From positions 26,825-90,824 of the forward strand of contig CAWHEU010000029.1 of the NCBI GenBank assembly GCA_963828465.1: a stretch of DNA of 64,000 bases, read 5' to 3'. This document shows positions 1 to 10,570 of this stretch, in pieces. Below the pieces are notes generated by a model that saw only the letters and a program-made list of their open reading frames with translations, ran no database searches and had not been told where the DNA came from. Numbering within the stretch: position 1 is the first letter of the stretch; every line of letters starts with the position of its first letter. The translations under genes and the position numbers were made by a program. This stretch comes from an uncultured Acidobacteriota bacterium. Lineage in GTDB: Bacteria; Actinomycetota; Acidimicrobiia; Spongiisociales; ZC4RG35.

Positions 1-4
1 CGCC

Positions 5-1912
5 ATGCTTGAGGGGCAAGAAGCCGTCCAGATCGGATCGGCACTGGCGCTCGATCCCGACGACTTCGTGTTCCCCTCATATCGGGAGCACGGCGTCCAG
101 GTCACACGCGGGCTCCCCATCGAGGTGCTCCTCGCTTACTGGAAAGGCTTGCCCAATGGCCGCTGGGACATGGAGAAGTACCGCACGGCCATCGTCTCCG
201 TCCCAATCGCCAGTCAGCTACCTCATGCCGTCGGGTACTCATACGTCACCAAGCTGAGGGGCGAGAACACCGTCACCGCCGTCTATTTCGGGGACGGAGC
301 GACCTCGGAAGTCGATTTCCACTCGGGCATGAACTTCGCCGGGGTCTGGAAGACGCCGACCGTGTTCATCTGCGCCAACAACCTCTATGCGATCTCGGTG
401 CCCTACGAGAAGCAGACCGCCGCCAAGACCATCGCTCAGAAGGCCGATGCGTATGGCTTCGAGGGGGTCCGGGTGGACGGGATGGACGCCGTTGCCATGT
501 TCCTGGCGACGCAGCAAGCCGTTGCCCGTGCCCGCAACGGAGATGGTCCGACCCTGATCGAGGCGATGACATATCGCTACGGCCCCCACGCCACCGCCGA
601 CGATCCCACTCTCTACCGCTCCCGGGAGGAGGAGGAGTCGTGGCGTCAGCGCGATCCGATCGAAAGAGTGCGCCGGTTTCTCGAGCAACGCGGCGAATGG
701 GACGACGCCGTGGAGGAAAAGGTGACGATGGAGACCTCCGACCAGGTCGCCGCCGCGATCACCGAAATCGAAGCGCAGCCATTACCGGAGCGGGACGACG
801 CCATACGACACGGCTTTCACCGGATTCCGGCCCATGTCGTGGAGCAACTCCACGACATGCAACGGTCCCACAGCGAACCACCGACTCATATCGACCCGGA
901 CGAGATTTGGTCCATTGGCCAGGACGCCATCCCCGGAGGGCCGTCCCGGTCGATGACGATGGCGGAGGCGATCAACGCCGCGCTCCACGAATCGATGGAA
1001 CGGGACCCGGGCGTCATCGTGCTCGGTGAGGATGTCGGCCTGACCGGAGGGGTCTTCAGGGTGACCGAAGGCCTCCAACAGAGTTTTGGGGAGGACCGGG
1101 TCATCGACACACCGCTCAACGAGTCGGGCATCGTGGGGTCTGCCGTGGGAATGGCTCTGGCAGGTGCCAGGCCGGTTGCCGAGATCCAGTTCGACGGCTT
1201 CGTGTATCCGGCTTTCGACCAGATAGTCAGTCATCTGGGGAGATACCGATTCCGCACGCGTGGCAATTCCGAGGTCCCGGTCGTCGTGCGCTTCCCCAAC
1301 GGAGCCGGCATCGGCGCCCACGAGCACCATTGTGATTCTCCTGAGGCGTATTTCGTCCACGCCCCGGGGCTCGTGGTCGTCTGCCCGTCCACCCCGATCG
1401 ATGCCAAGGGCCTGCTTGCTTCCGCTCTCGTCGGTCATGATCCGGTGATCTTCCTCGAGCCCAAGGTGCTGTATCGGGCTGGTCGAGAGGATGTTCCGGT
1501 CGAGCACTACACCCTCCCCATTGGCCGGGCGCGGGTCAGGAGGGAGGGTGCCGACCTCACCCTTGTCACATACGGGGGGATGGTCCCCGTTGCCCTCGAA
1601 GCCGCCAACAGGGTCGAAACGTCGGTCGAGGTCATCGATCTCCGGACCCTCTTTCCCTGGGACCGGGAGACCGTGCTCGACTCGGTGAAGAAGACGGGCC
1701 GGCTCCTCCTCGTGCAGGAGCCACAGGGATCGGCGGGTGTGGCCGCCGAGGTCGCAGCAGTGGTCGCCGAAAGGGCGCTGTACGACCTCCAGGGCCCAGT
1801 CGTACGTGTTACCGGCTTCGATGTCCCCTGGCCCCAGTTCGCTATCGAGACCCATGCTCTGATCGATGTGGACCGGGTGGTTTCGGGCATAGACGAGGCG
1901 ATGGCCGGGTGA
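5..1912 (+). CDS. 2-oxoacid (pyruvate/branched-chain) dehydrogenase E1, fused alpha+beta subunits; 5' end cut off by the window edge
   Basis: TPP-binding GDGATSEVDF...NN motif and YRYGPHATADDP in the alpha part; MTMAEAINAAL, GEDVG..GGVFRVT and EIQFDGF in the beta part; one continuous ORF. Confidence 0.9.
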   Translation: MLEGQEAVQIGSALALDPDDFVFPSYREHGVQVTRGLPIEVLLAYWKGLPNGRWDMEKYRTAIVSVPIASQLPHAVGYSYVTKLRGENTVTAVYFGDGATSEVDFHSGMNFAGVWKTPTVFICANNLYAISVPYEKQTAAKTIAQKADAYGFEGVRVDGMDAVAMFLATQQAVARARNGDGPTLIEAMTYRYGPHATADDPTLYRSREEEESWRQRDPIERVRRFLEQRGEWDDAVEEKVTMETSDQVAAAITEIEAQPLPERDDAIRHGFHRIPAHVVEQLHDMQRSHSEPPTHIDPDEIWSIGQDAIPGGPSRSMTMAEAINAALHESMERDPGVIVLGEDVGLTGGVFRVTEGLQQSFGEDRVIDTPLNESGIVGSAVGMALAGARPVAEIQFDGFVYPAFDQIVSHLGRYRFRTRGNSEVPVVVRFPNGAGIGAHEHHCDSPEAYFVHAPGLVVVCPSTPIDAKGLLASALVGHDPVIFLEPKVLYRAGREDVPVEHYTLPIGRARVRREGADLTLVTYGGMVPVALEAANRVETSVEVIDLRTLFPWDRETVLDSVKKTGRLLLVQEPQGSAGVAAEVAAVVAERALYDLQGPVVRVTGFDVPWPQFAIETHALIDVDRVVSGIDEAMAG

Positions 1913-2454
1913 CCGCCGCCGAAGCTGTCGCTGTCTTCGGGTCGTCTCAGACCGAACCGGGGTCGCTCGAGTGGGAGGAAGCTCGTCGGGCTGGCACCCG
2001 TCTCGGCGAGGCGGGATACGCCGTGATCACCGGCGGCTACGGCGGGACGATGGAAGCAGTGTCGAGCGGGGCGGCCGCCGCCGGAGGCCACGTGATCGGT
2101 GTCACCGCGCCGGTTCTCTTTCCTGACCGCTCGGCGGCCAACCCGTTCGTGCACGAGTTGATCGAGGCGTCCAGTCTGGCCAATCGGATCGACATCATGA
2201 TGCAGCGATCCAGGGCGACCCTGGCGTTGCCCGGGTCCATCGGCACCGCCGCTGAGCTCCTCATCTCCTGGAACACGAACCACATACTGCGCCGGACCGG
2301 TGCCGAGCAGAGGATCAGTGTGGCCGTCGGGCCAGGCTGGAAGGCGCTGGCCCGGGCCCTGGTCGACATGAATGGCGCCCTCGAGGACGATGTGGTCTGG
2401 ACCGACAGTGTCGATGAGGGTGTCGAGCGGATCCTGACCCGGCTGTCTGACTAG
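1909..2454 (+). CDS. LOG family (Rossmann-fold) nucleotide-binding protein
   Basis: VAVFGSS, ITGGYGGTMEAVS and LPGSIGT motifs; GTGA overlap with the upstream gene. Confidence 0.85.
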   Translation: MTAAEAVAVFGSSQTEPGSLEWEEARRAGTRLGEAGYAVITGGYGGTMEAVSSGAAAAGGHVIGVTAPVLFPDRSAANPFVHELIEASSLANRIDIMMQRSRATLALPGSIGTAAELLISWNTNHILRRTGAEQRISVAVGPGWKALARALVDMNGALEDDVVWTDSVDEGVERILTRLSD

Positions 2455-2521
2455 TCATATCGACCTTGCCTGGGGAGGTGTCTTGACTTTCAGATGCCGT
2501 GCGTGAGCCTGATGACCGCCG

Positions 2522-2722
2522 ATGACGCATCTCCGCCCCGCCGACGCCTCCGTACGCCGCAGGTCCTCGTGTCGACGAGGCCTTCATCGTTATGGATCGC
2601 CGCGGCATGTGGGTGGTGGGATCCTGCGCCAGGTGTGTCTCTCCTGTGGATCCGTGACCATCGATCTCCGCGAACCGGTCTCCGTCGATAGCTCGGTGGC
2701 AACCAATCGCTTGGAGAGCTAG
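2522..2722 (+). CDS. Small putative zinc-ribbon protein (66 aa)
   Basis: C-RRGL-H-RY...RQV-C-LS-C-G metal-ligand pattern; fills the gap between two co-oriented genes. Confidence 0.5.
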   Translation: MTHLRPADASVRRRSSCRRGLHRYGSPRHVGGGILRQVCLSCGSVTIDLREPVSVDSSVATNRLES

Positions 2723-2748
2723 GGGTACTCGGATCTAGAGTCCCCGCC

Positions 2749-3627
2749 GTGACACGACTCATTCGTGCGGCTGGGGGAGTCGTCTTCCGCAAGACGTCCA
2801 AAGGCAAGATCCGGGTCCTCGTCGTCCATCGTCCGCAGTACGACGACTGGACACCTCCCAAGGGCAAGGCCGAGGAAGGTGAAGCGCCGGAAGAGACGGC
2901 GATCCGCGAAGTGCTCGAAGAAACCGGCTACCGCTGCCGAATCGTGGCCACGCTCGGGGCGACCCGCTATCGAGTCCAAGGTGGCGTGAAAGAAGTGCAT
3001 TGGTATGCCATGAGGCCCCTCCCTGACAGTCCTGGCTTCACGAAGAACTCCGAGGTCGACGGAGTGAAATGGCTATCTCCCCGCAGGGCGCTGGACGAGC
3101 TCAGCTACGACCAGGATCGGGAGCTAATCGCGGGAACCGATCTGAAGAAGCTGGCGCAGACCGGGACCCTCTACCTGCTCCGCCACACCACCGCAGGCGA
3201 TCGATCGAGGTGGAGAGGCAGAGACGAGGATCGCTCGCTCACCAAGAAAGGATGGCGTGAGGCAGACGCGATCGCCGAGACCTTGGCTGACGCCGGTATC
3301 GAGCGGATTCTCTCCAGCCCGTACGAGCGGTGTGTGCAGTCGGTCAAGCCAATGGCCAAACTGCTCAAGGCCCCGATAGAGACATCGCCACTTCTGGCCG
3401 AGGAACCTGACATCGACGCCGCCTATGCCCTCGTCGACAGCGTGGTCGGCTACAACGCGGTCGTCTGCTCACACGGCGATTTGATCCCGGCTTTGATCAA
3501 CCGGATGATGTGGGCCGGCCTCAGTCTCGAGTCCCGTTTCTATTGCTCCAAGGGATCGATCTGGGTCGTGGAGGTGGACGGTGGCAAGTTCACCACGGCC
3601 CGCTACATCCCACCACCCGAGGTCTGA
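2749..3627 (+). CDS. NUDIX hydrolase fused to a histidine phosphatase domain (MutT1-like)
   Basis: HRPQYDDW.PKGK and Nudix box REVLEETG; LLRHTTAG, SSPYERC and CSHGD; -10 TAGAGT 7 nt before the GTG. Confidence 0.9.
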   Translation: MTRLIRAAGGVVFRKTSKGKIRVLVVHRPQYDDWTPPKGKAEEGEAPEETAIREVLEETGYRCRIVATLGATRYRVQGGVKEVHWYAMRPLPDSPGFTKNSEVDGVKWLSPRRALDELSYDQDRELIAGTDLKKLAQTGTLYLLRHTTAGDRSRWRGRDEDRSLTKKGWREADAIAETLADAGIERILSSPYERCVQSVKPMAKLLKAPIETSPLLAEEPDIDAAYALVDSVVGYNAVVCSHGDLIPALINRMMWAGLSLESRFYCSKGSIWVVEVDGGKFTTARYIPPPEV

Positions 3628-3661
3628 CGCCGGGTCGGTCAACCGTTGGATAGACCGCCAA

Positions 3662-4036
3662 CTACACCGTGTCGACGAGGGCCTTGAGCAGGTCCCGGAT
3701 CGAGACCACACCAAGCAAAGACCCGTCGTCATCCATCACCGGCAGGTGGCGATAACCCGACTCGGCTATCCACGCCGCGGCATCCCAGACGTCGAGATCG
3801 GGGTCAAAGGTGTCAGGCTCGCCGCTCATGATCGATGAGACCGTGGTACCGGGGTCGATGCCCTCGGCGACCGTGCGTCTGATGTCGCGCTCGGTGATCA
3901 GCCCCACCAGCTCCCGTCCCTCGACCACCGCCAGAGAGCCGATGTCGGATCCCTCCATCGCAACCGCGGCCTCGAGCAGGGTCGTGTCCGGACCACAAAC
4001 ATGAGGAGCATTGCTGACGAGATCACCCAGACGCAT
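3662..4036 (-). CDS. CBS domain pair protein
   Basis: GLITERDI, RHLPV and GVVSIRDL motifs. Confidence 0.9.
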   Translation of the reverse strand: MRLGDLVSNAPHVCGPDTTLLEAAVAMEGSDIGSLAVVEGRELVGLITERDIRRTVAEGIDPGTTVSSIMSGEPDTFDPDLDVWDAAAWIAESGYRHLPVMDDDGSLLGVVSIRDLLKALVDTV

Positions 4037-4059
4037 CGGGTGTCACGTTAGGTGACGTC

Positions 4060-5046
4060 TTAGACGAGGTCTGCTTCGCGGATGCCGAAGGAAGGATGGC
4101 GGAGACGGCAGAGGGCCAGCTTCTCCAGCTGGCGAATCCGCTCCCGCGTCAGGTTGAACTCGTCGCCGATCTCCTCGAGCGTGCGGGGGACACCGTCATA
4201 AAAGCCGTAGCGGAGGGCGAGGATCCTGCCCTCGCGCTCAGGGAGACGCTCGATGGAGACGCGGAGGGAATTGGCCACGTCCATCTCCTCGGTCATCTGC
4301 ACCGGGTCGGCGGCGTCCTCGTCCTCGATGAAGTCACCCAACTGGGCCCCGTCCTCACCGATCGGCTGCTCCAATGAGACGGTGTCGGCGACACTCAGGG
4401 CGAGTTCGACCTTGTCGGCTGTGACGCCAGCCTCCTCGGCGATCTCCTCGGGCCTGGGATCACGCCCCAACTCGGCCTTGAGTGAGGCCTGCGCAGCGCG
4501 GACCGCGGCCAGCGTGTCGTGAAGATGGACGGGGATGCGAACCGTTCGGGACTTGTCGGCGATGGCCCGGGTAATGGCCTGACGGATCCACCACGTGGCA
4601 TACGTCGAGAACTTGAAACCCTTGCGCCAGTCGAATTTTTCGACGGCGCGGATGAGACCGAGGTTGCCCTCCTGGATCAGGTCGAGGAAGTCGATCCCGG
4701 AGGTGTTGGCGTAGCGACGGGCGTTGGCGACGACGAGACGAAGGTTGGCGGTGAGGAAATCGTCCTTGGCCTGAGCCCCGCGCCGGGCCATCCGGCGTAG
4801 CTCCATTTCCTCCCGCTTGCCGCTGTACTCGCCTTTCTCCAGCCTCTCGGCGGCCTCTTCGCCGGCCTCGATCTTCTGGGCCAGCTCGACCTCCTGCTCG
4901 GCGGTGAGAAGGTCGTACTCGCCAATAGCCGTCAGGTACTGGGAAACGAGGTCTGTGGTGAGACGCCCGCGCTCATCCGTCAGCTTCGAGTGAAGCCGGA
5001 TGCGCGGTTTCTCGGTCTTATCAGTACGCGTTTCAGCGGCTGGCAT
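4060..5046 (-). CDS. Sigma-70 family RNA polymerase sigma factor, group 2-like (no region 1.1)
   Basis: [53 protein letters not shown] and [15 protein letters not shown]. Confidence 0.95.
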   Translation of the reverse strand: MPAAETRTDKTEKPRIRLHSKLTDERGRLTTDLVSQYLTAIGEYDLLTAEQEVELAQKIEAGEEAAERLEKGEYSGKREEMELRRMARRGAQAKDDFLTANLRLVVANARRYANTSGIDFLDLIQEGNLGLIRAVEKFDWRKGFKFSTYATWWIRQAITRAIADKSRTVRIPVHLHDTLAAVRAAQASLKAELGRDPRPEEIAEEAGVTADKVELALSVADTVSLEQPIGEDGAQLGDFIEDEDAADPVQMTEEMDVANSLRVSIERLPEREGRILALRYGFYDGVPRTLEEIGDEFNLTRERIRQLEKLALCRLRHPSFGIREADLV

Positions 5047-5098
5047 CTAAATCAAGTCCTCCTGAGCCCGTCGGGGCAGAGAATCTCCCGGACGCCCA

Positions 5099-5127
5099 AC
5101 TATGACACATGCAGGGTGGTTTGTGAA
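5099..5127 (-). promoter_or_regulatory. Putative SigA-type promoter of the sigma factor gene
   Basis: TTCACA-17 nt-CATAGT on the minus strand with TG upstream of the -10. Confidence 0.45.
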
Positions 5128-5285
5128 CCCCCCTCTTTTGCACGACACACGCGCCGTTTCGCATGATCGGGGAGACCCACATTGTACCGTGGCCATAGAG
5201 GTAGTCCATGACGAAATTCACGGTTGCCGACATCACAACACCCTCCCCTACCCCATTGTTCCCCTGATCTAACGAAAGGAACGAG

Positions 5286-5645
5286 ATGCCGAGCACGGCT
5301 CCAGAGGTCGACGAGTTCCTGGCCAAGCTGCCGGGCGATGAGGGCGCGGCGCTGCAGAAGCTTCGAGAGACGATCAGACTCGCCGCCCCGGAGGCCGAGG
5401 AACGGATCGGTTACGGGGTGCCCGCCTTCTACTACAAGAAGCGGCCCCTCGTCTCGTATGCCGCCGGGAAGAACCATTGCGCCTTCTATGTGCAGAGCCC
5501 GGCGGTGATGGAAGCACACCACGACGAGCTCGCCGATTACGACACGGCCAAGGGCACGGTGAGGTTCCAGGCAGACTCGCCGCTACCGGCCACCCTGGTC
5601 GAGACATTGGTCAAGGCCCGGATGGCGGAGACCGACGCGGTCTAA
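5286..5645 (+). CDS. DUF1801/YdhG-like protein
   Basis: VDEFLAKL..LRETIRLAAPEAEERIGYGVPAF..KGTVRF; SD AAGGA. Confidence 0.85.
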   Translation: MPSTAPEVDEFLAKLPGDEGAALQKLRETIRLAAPEAEERIGYGVPAFYYKKRPLVSYAAGKNHCAFYVQSPAVMEAHHDELADYDTAKGTVRFQADSPLPATLVETLVKARMAETDAV

Positions 5646-5653
5646 TCGATGGC

Positions 5654-6148
5654 TCACAAACCCCGGTCATGAGACCTGGGCTCGAGCACCCGGGTCAAGG
5701 TGCCGGAGGCGCCGGGCAGATCGGCCCACGATTCGATATCCAGCTCGATGACGGCCACGGTTGCGGTCTTCATCTCGGCACGCCCCCCGGTCAGGGCCGA
5801 CACCAGCATCGACCACGTTGGCTGATGGCCCACAAGCATGAGCTTGTTCACATTCGGTGCCCACGCTCCTCGTTCGAGCACCCCTTTCGGGCCCTCGTCG
5901 TATAGCGACCGGTCGAGAACGAGCTCACTGTCCCATTTCCCGGTTTCCCGAGCCAGCTCTGCGGTGGTCCTGGCTCGCAACGCCGTGGAGCTGACGATCA
6001 GATCCGGCACGAGACCCTCGTCCGCCAGGACCCGACCCATGAGCCGGGCGCTCTTCAGCCCGCGATCGTTGAGAGGGCGATCGTGATCGGACTCGTAGTC
6101 GGCATCCCAATCCGACTTGGCGTGACGCATCAGCAGAAGCGTCTTCAT
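5654..6148 (-). CDS. sixA: Phosphohistidine phosphatase, SixA family
   Basis: MKTLLLMRHAKSDW..DHDRPLNDRG, SSTALRA and LVGHQP; true start is the ATG at 6148 inside a longer ORF. Confidence 0.85.
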   Translation of the reverse strand: MKTLLLMRHAKSDWDADYESDHDRPLNDRGLKSARLMGRVLADEGLVPDLIVSSTALRARTTAELARETGKWDSELVLDRSLYDEGPKGVLERGAWAPNVNKLMLVGHQPTWSMLVSALTGGRAEMKTATVAVIELDIESWADLPGASGTLTRVLEPRSHDRGL

Positions 6149-6159
6149 TGAACAGTGTC

Positions 6160-6813
6160 CTACCCGAGAAGGCGGCCGGCGGTGGTGAAGACCCGTGGGT
6201 CGGGGTAGTCGGCGCAGTAGTTGTACAGATAGGCGACTCGGATCCTCCCATCGGGGGCCACAACGAACTCGCCGGACTGCATCCAAGGATCGTCGACGAG
6301 TGGCCTTCCTTGTGAGCGCCGATCCTCCTGGAACCGACGACCCGTCTCCTCCCCCAACTCGCAGTACTCGTCCGGTGCGTCATAGAGAGCCTGCTCGAGG
6401 GCCCAGTGGCCGAGACCGAAGGCCTTGTGCGCGCTGTACCCGGGATCGGAATACATCGTCACCGGGATCTCGTACAACTCCTTGTAACGGGCTACCCGCT
6501 CCAGATCGGCTGGGGCAACGATCACGACATTGAGACCGGAATCGACGTACGTCTGGTGCTCTTCTTTCAGCCGCTCCCCCCGCTCCAGGCCGCAACCGCA
6601 TCCGAGATGCCTCCAAAGGAGTACGAGGCCGGGTTGGCTCTCCCAGACCGAGGCGAGCGACACGGACACTCCATGCTCATCGACCACGTCCACGGCCGGG
6701 GCAACATCGCCCCGGTGCAGGGGGTTGCCCTCGATGGTGGGGCCGGCGAGCCAACCTTGCATCCAGCGCTGCTCTGCGGACAAATAGAGCGCCTGGATGT
6801 CCTGTTCGGTCAC
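6160..6813 (-). CDS. Peroxiredoxin-like (AhpC/TSA, AAED1-like) protein
   Basis: GDVAP..VVDEHG..VSL, LWRHLGCGCG, SDPGYSAHKAFGL and DPWMQSGEFVVAPDGRI. Confidence 0.75.
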   Translation of the reverse strand: MTEQDIQALYLSAEQRWMQGWLAGPTIEGNPLHRGDVAPAVDVVDEHGVSVSLASVWESQPGLVLLWRHLGCGCGLERGERLKEEHQTYVDSGLNVVIVAPADLERVARYKELYEIPVTMYSDPGYSAHKAFGLGHWALEQALYDAPDEYCELGEETGRRFQEDRRSQGRPLVDDPWMQSGEFVVAPDGRIRVAYLYNYCADYPDPRVFTTAGRLLG

Positions 6814-6871
6814 GTTCCCTCCGTCGATTCGCCGCGTTTGGCGACCCTAATCGGGTGTACCTTCGACATCG

Positions 6872-8851
6872 ATGCCGAACCGTCTTGCCGATGCCACGTC
6901 GCCGTATCTCCTGCAGCACAAGGACAACCCGGTGGATTGGCATGAGTGGGGTGAAGAAGCCTTCGCCGAATCACGCCGGCGAGAAGTGCCCGTCCTCCTG
7001 AGCGTTGGCTATGCCGCCTGCCACTGGTGCCACGTGATGGCACATGAGTCGTTCGAGGACGAGGAGACCGCAACGGAGATGAATCGTCTTTACGTCAATG
7101 TCAAGGTCGACAGGGAAGAACGCCCGGATGTCGACAGCATCTACATGGAGGCCGTGCAGACAATGACCGGCCAGGGGGGCTGGCCAATGACGGTGTGGCT
7201 GACTCCCGACGGACGGCCTTTCTACGCCGGCACCTATTTCCCAAACACCGACCGGCACGGAATGCCCTCGTTTCGCACGGTCATGCGGGCGGTGTCGGAC
7301 GCGTGGGACAACAGGCGCGACGAGGTGCTCGGGCAATCGGCCCGGCTCACCGAAGCGATCAGCCGACGCATTCCAAGCTCGGAGAACGAGCCTGGAAGGG
7401 ATGAACTGACACGGGCGTACGAATCCTTGGCCGCGTCCTTCGACCCGATCAACGGGGGGTTCGGCGGCGCCCCCAAGTTCCCCCAAGAGCCGGAGCTCGA
7501 CTTCTTGCTGCGCGTGCGCAGGGAGACCTGGGCGGAGCAGGCCGACCACATGCTGAAGGTGACGCTCTCCGAGATGGCAGACGGCGGGATACACGATCAA
7601 ATCGGTGGTGGCTTCGCCCGGTACTCCGTAGACGCCCAGTGGCTGGTGCCCCATTTCGAGAAGATGCTCTACGACAACGCCCAATTGGCACGCATCTATC
7701 TGTGGGCCGGGATCGAGCAAGATGAGCCGCGCTTCGTCGATGTTGCCAGGTCCACATTGGGATACATCCTTGATGACCTTCGCCATCCCGAAGGCGGGTT
7801 CTTCTCTGCCGAGGACGCCGACTCCGAAGGGGTGGAGGGCAAGTTCTACGTATGGACTACCCAGGAGCTGGAACGAGCCCTGGGACCCGATGATGCGGCC
7901 GAGGCAGCCCGGTTCTTCGGGGCGTCCCCACATGGCAACTTCGAAGGCTCGAACATCCTCTACCGGCCCACCGCCGAACCGTGGACCAGCCGGATCGAGT
8001 CGCTCAAGGCCCGTCTGATGGAGCACCGGGCCACCCGGACCCGTCCCGGTCTCGATGACAAGGTCGTGGCTTCGTGGAACGGGTTGGCGATCAAGGCCCT
8101 GGCAGAGGCCGGTGCGACCTTGACTGATGCCGGCTACCTGGAGGCCGCCCGAGTGACGGCGCGCTTCGTAATCGACCACATGGTGGTCGACGGCGTCCTC
8201 CGGCGCTCCTGGCGGGAGGGCCAAGCCGGTGGACCGGGCTTTCTCGAAGACAATGCGGCGGTAGCTCTCGGTCTGTTTGCGCTGTATTCCGCTACCGGCG
8301 AATACGAGTGGTACGAGGCTGGCGTCGAACTGACTGTCGCCATCCCGGAGCGCTTTGCCGATCCCGAAGGTGGGTTCTTCGACACGCCGGACGATGGGGA
8401 GAGCTTGATCAAGCGGCCAAAAAGCATGGCGGACAACCCTCTGCCCTCTGGCAGCGGCATGGCCGCCGAGGCACTGCTCATCCTCTCGGCCTACACAGGC
8501 GATGCCGCTCTGCGCGAGGCGGCAGCCTCCACCCTGCGGAGTGCCGGAATGCTCATGGAGCGTTACCCCTCCATGGTGGGGCACCATCTCGGTGTTCTCC
8601 ACTCCTACCTGGAGAGTCGCGAGCTCGCAGTCGTTGGATCAGATTGGGCCGATCTGGCGGGTGTCTACTGGTCCTCGTACCGGCCCAACGTCGTTCTTGC
8701 ACCGTCGTCCACGGGTGAAGAGCCGATTCCCCTCCTAGAGGGGAGATCGAAGCCTGGTGCGACCCTGGCCTATGTGTGCCAGAACCACGTCTGCGCCTTG
8801 CCTACGTCTGACCTAGACGACCTCGCCGGCCAGTTATCGCCCGACGGCTAG
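6872..8851 (+). CDS. Thioredoxin-domain protein, YyaL/SSP411 (DUF255) family
   Basis: [44 protein letters not shown] and [11 protein letters not shown]. Confidence 0.95.
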   Translation: MPNRLADATSPYLLQHKDNPVDWHEWGEEAFAESRRREVPVLLSVGYAACHWCHVMAHESFEDEETATEMNRLYVNVKVDREERPDVDSIYMEAVQTMTGQGGWPMTVWLTPDGRPFYAGTYFPNTDRHGMPSFRTVMRAVSDAWDNRRDEVLGQSARLTEAISRRIPSSENEPGRDELTRAYESLAASFDPINGGFGGAPKFPQEPELDFLLRVRRETWAEQADHMLKVTLSEMADGGIHDQIGGGFARYSVDAQWLVPHFEKMLYDNAQLARIYLWAGIEQDEPRFVDVARSTLGYILDDLRHPEGGFFSAEDADSEGVEGKFYVWTTQELERALGPDDAAEAARFFGASPHGNFEGSNILYRPTAEPWTSRIESLKARLMEHRATRTRPGLDDKVVASWNGLAIKALAEAGATLTDAGYLEAARVTARFVIDHMVVDGVLRRSWREGQAGGPGFLEDNAAVALGLFALYSATGEYEWYEAGVELTVAIPERFADPEGGFFDTPDDGESLIKRPKSMADNPLPSGSGMAAEALLILSAYTGDAALREAAASTLRSAGMLMERYPSMVGHHLGVLHSYLESRELAVVGSDWADLAGVYWSSYRPNVVLAPSSTGEEPIPLLEGRSKPGATLAYVCQNHVCALPTSDLDDLAGQLSPDG

Positions 8852-9616
8852 GGCACGCTCCAAGGCGGAAGTCATCACGTCGGGTGGATACGGACCGAGG
8901 AGGGCTGCCTCGGCTACGGGAAAGCCCTCTTCGAGGCAACGGTGAGCCAGGTCTGCCACCGCCCGGATTTCCTCGAGTTGGGCGGCGGCGCCGGCCCGGT
9001 CGAGGGTGTCACCATGCCCGGGGACGATGATCGACGAGCCGATGTCGCCGGCCGACTCGAGAGTGACCGGCCATCTCATCGGAAAGCCGTCGTCGAACAC
9101 AGGCGGGGCCCCTTCTTCCAGCAGGTCTCCCATGAAGCTCACCTCGCCTACGGTCACCACGATGTCGGAGTCGGTGTGACCCAGACCGTGATAGGTCATT
9201 TCGACCACCACTCGGCCGAGGTCGATACGGGCAGCGGTGTCGAAGACACTGCTCGGAGGGGTGATCACGACTTCGGCGAACTCCTCCAGGCGATCGGGGA
9301 GCCAGGCCGCGGCATCCTCCTTCATCGAGTCGCCCAGCTCGACCATGGTCTTCCGGCAGAGCTCATGCCCCCAAATCTCCGCTTCGGGGAACCGGGCATT
9401 GCCAAACGTGTGGTCCCAGTGCCAGTGGGTGTCGACCACCCATCGGACCGGGAGCGTGGTGAGAGTGCGCAACTCCTCCCTCATCTCGTCGGCCTCGACA
9501 TGGGAAGCACGGGTGTCGACCACCAGGATCCCTTGCTCTCCGAGCACCACGCCGACGTTCAGGTCGAGCGATTCATAGCGCCTCCGGAATACTCCGTCGG
9601 CGAGCTCTTCGAACAT
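8834..9616 (-). CDS. MBL-fold metallo-hydrolase
   Basis: [20 protein letters not shown] and PGHG metal motifs. Confidence 0.9.
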   Translation of the reverse strand: MFEELADGVFRRRYESLDLNVGVVLGEQGILVVDTRASHVEADEMREELRTLTTLPVRWVVDTHWHWDHTFGNARFPEAEIWGHELCRKTMVELGDSMKEDAAAWLPDRLEEFAEVVITPPSSVFDTAARIDLGRVVVEMTYHGLGHTDSDIVVTVGEVSFMGDLLEEGAPPVFDDGFPMRWPVTLESAGDIGSSIIVPGHGDTLDRAGAAAQLEEIRAVADLAHRCLEEGFPVAEAALLGPYPPDVMTSALERALAVGR

Positions 9617-10509
9617 CAGACCGTCTGATCGACTTCAACAGGGACTTGCAATGCCTCGGCGGAGGCAAGGACATAGGCGATCCACAGGGCGTCGGCAAGG
9701 AGCAGATGGACGAGTTGGATCCAGATAGGAACCCCGAGGGCGACATTGAGCGCGCCGGATATGAGCATGAGCCCCACCAAGAGCGGGAGCGCCTTGCCGG
9801 CCCTCGATCTCGGCGCCTCGAGCCGGCCCGAGGCCCACCACCCGATCGAAGCGGCGACCACGGCAAGCACGGGATGGACGATGCGGAGGTCGGTGAGGAA
9901 ATGTGCCTCACCCGATTCCCCGCCACCCGTCCCCGTCTTGGGGAACAACGTGTCGGCGAGGGCAGTCACGGCCCCGGTGGCAGCGAGCAGGACGATTGCC
10001 ACACCCCCGAGCAATATCCACCGCCACACCTCTTGGTGCGATTTGGTCGACAGCCGCCGACCTCCCGATAACCAGAAGGCCGTAATCGATAACGCGGCCA
10101 GTAGAAACAGGGTGTTGACGAGATGTAACGGGACCGCCACCACCCGAGCCAGCGAGGCGTCTTCGGCCACCCACTCGGCAAGGACGATCATCGCCCCGAT
10201 CAACGCCTCCGCAATGATGGCCGCCAGTGACAGCGCGGCGCCTGTCCGTGCCGGCTCGCCGGCGGGCAGGCCGCGCCACACCCAGACGACGAGGATCGCC
10301 ACGAGCAACAGGGCGGCCCCGCTCGCAGCGCGATGCATGAACTCGATTGCGGTCGCGCCGGACAGCTCGGGGATCACCACGCCCTGACAGGTCGGCCACG
10401 ATTGGCCGCACCCTGCACCCGAACCGGTAGCCCGGACCAGGGCACCCAGGAGGATCACCCCGACGTTGAACACGAGGGTGAACCACGCATATCGGGCAAT
10501 CCGGGTCAC
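9616..10509 (-). CDS. ctaA: COX15/CtaA heme A synthase family membrane protein
   Basis: GALVRATGSGAGCGQSWPTC and EFMHR, His-bearing TM helices; GTG start 7 nt after -10 TAACCT. Confidence 0.8.
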   Translation of the reverse strand: MTRIARYAWFTLVFNVGVILLGALVRATGSGAGCGQSWPTCQGVVIPELSGATAIEFMHRAASGAALLLVAILVVWVWRGLPAGEPARTGAALSLAAIIAEALIGAMIVLAEWVAEDASLARVVAVPLHLVNTLFLLAALSITAFWLSGGRRLSTKSHQEVWRWILLGGVAIVLLAATGAVTALADTLFPKTGTGGGESGEAHFLTDLRIVHPVLAVVAASIGWWASGRLEAPRSRAGKALPLLVGLMLISGALNVALGVPIWIQLVHLLLADALWIAYVLASAEALQVPVEVDQTV

Positions 10510-10570
10510 GGCGGGAAGGTTAGAAGTCCTTGGGATGACCACGGTCCGGTGCGATAGCCTCGCGCCGCCC

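Noticed and set aside
2472-2524. SD GGGGAGGTG plus TTG reading MTFRCRA-UGA-A-UGA-UGA-PP in frame with the 2522 ORF (CxxU-like)
   Set aside because: Three UGAs in four codons, short SD spacing and no clear SECIS; most likely chance
6971-8602. Long antisense ORFs (also 13159..14694, 27151..28938, 33022..35007, 40608..42293, 52929..54188)
   Set aside because: Shadow frames of high-GC genes on the opposite strand, with no recognisable motifs
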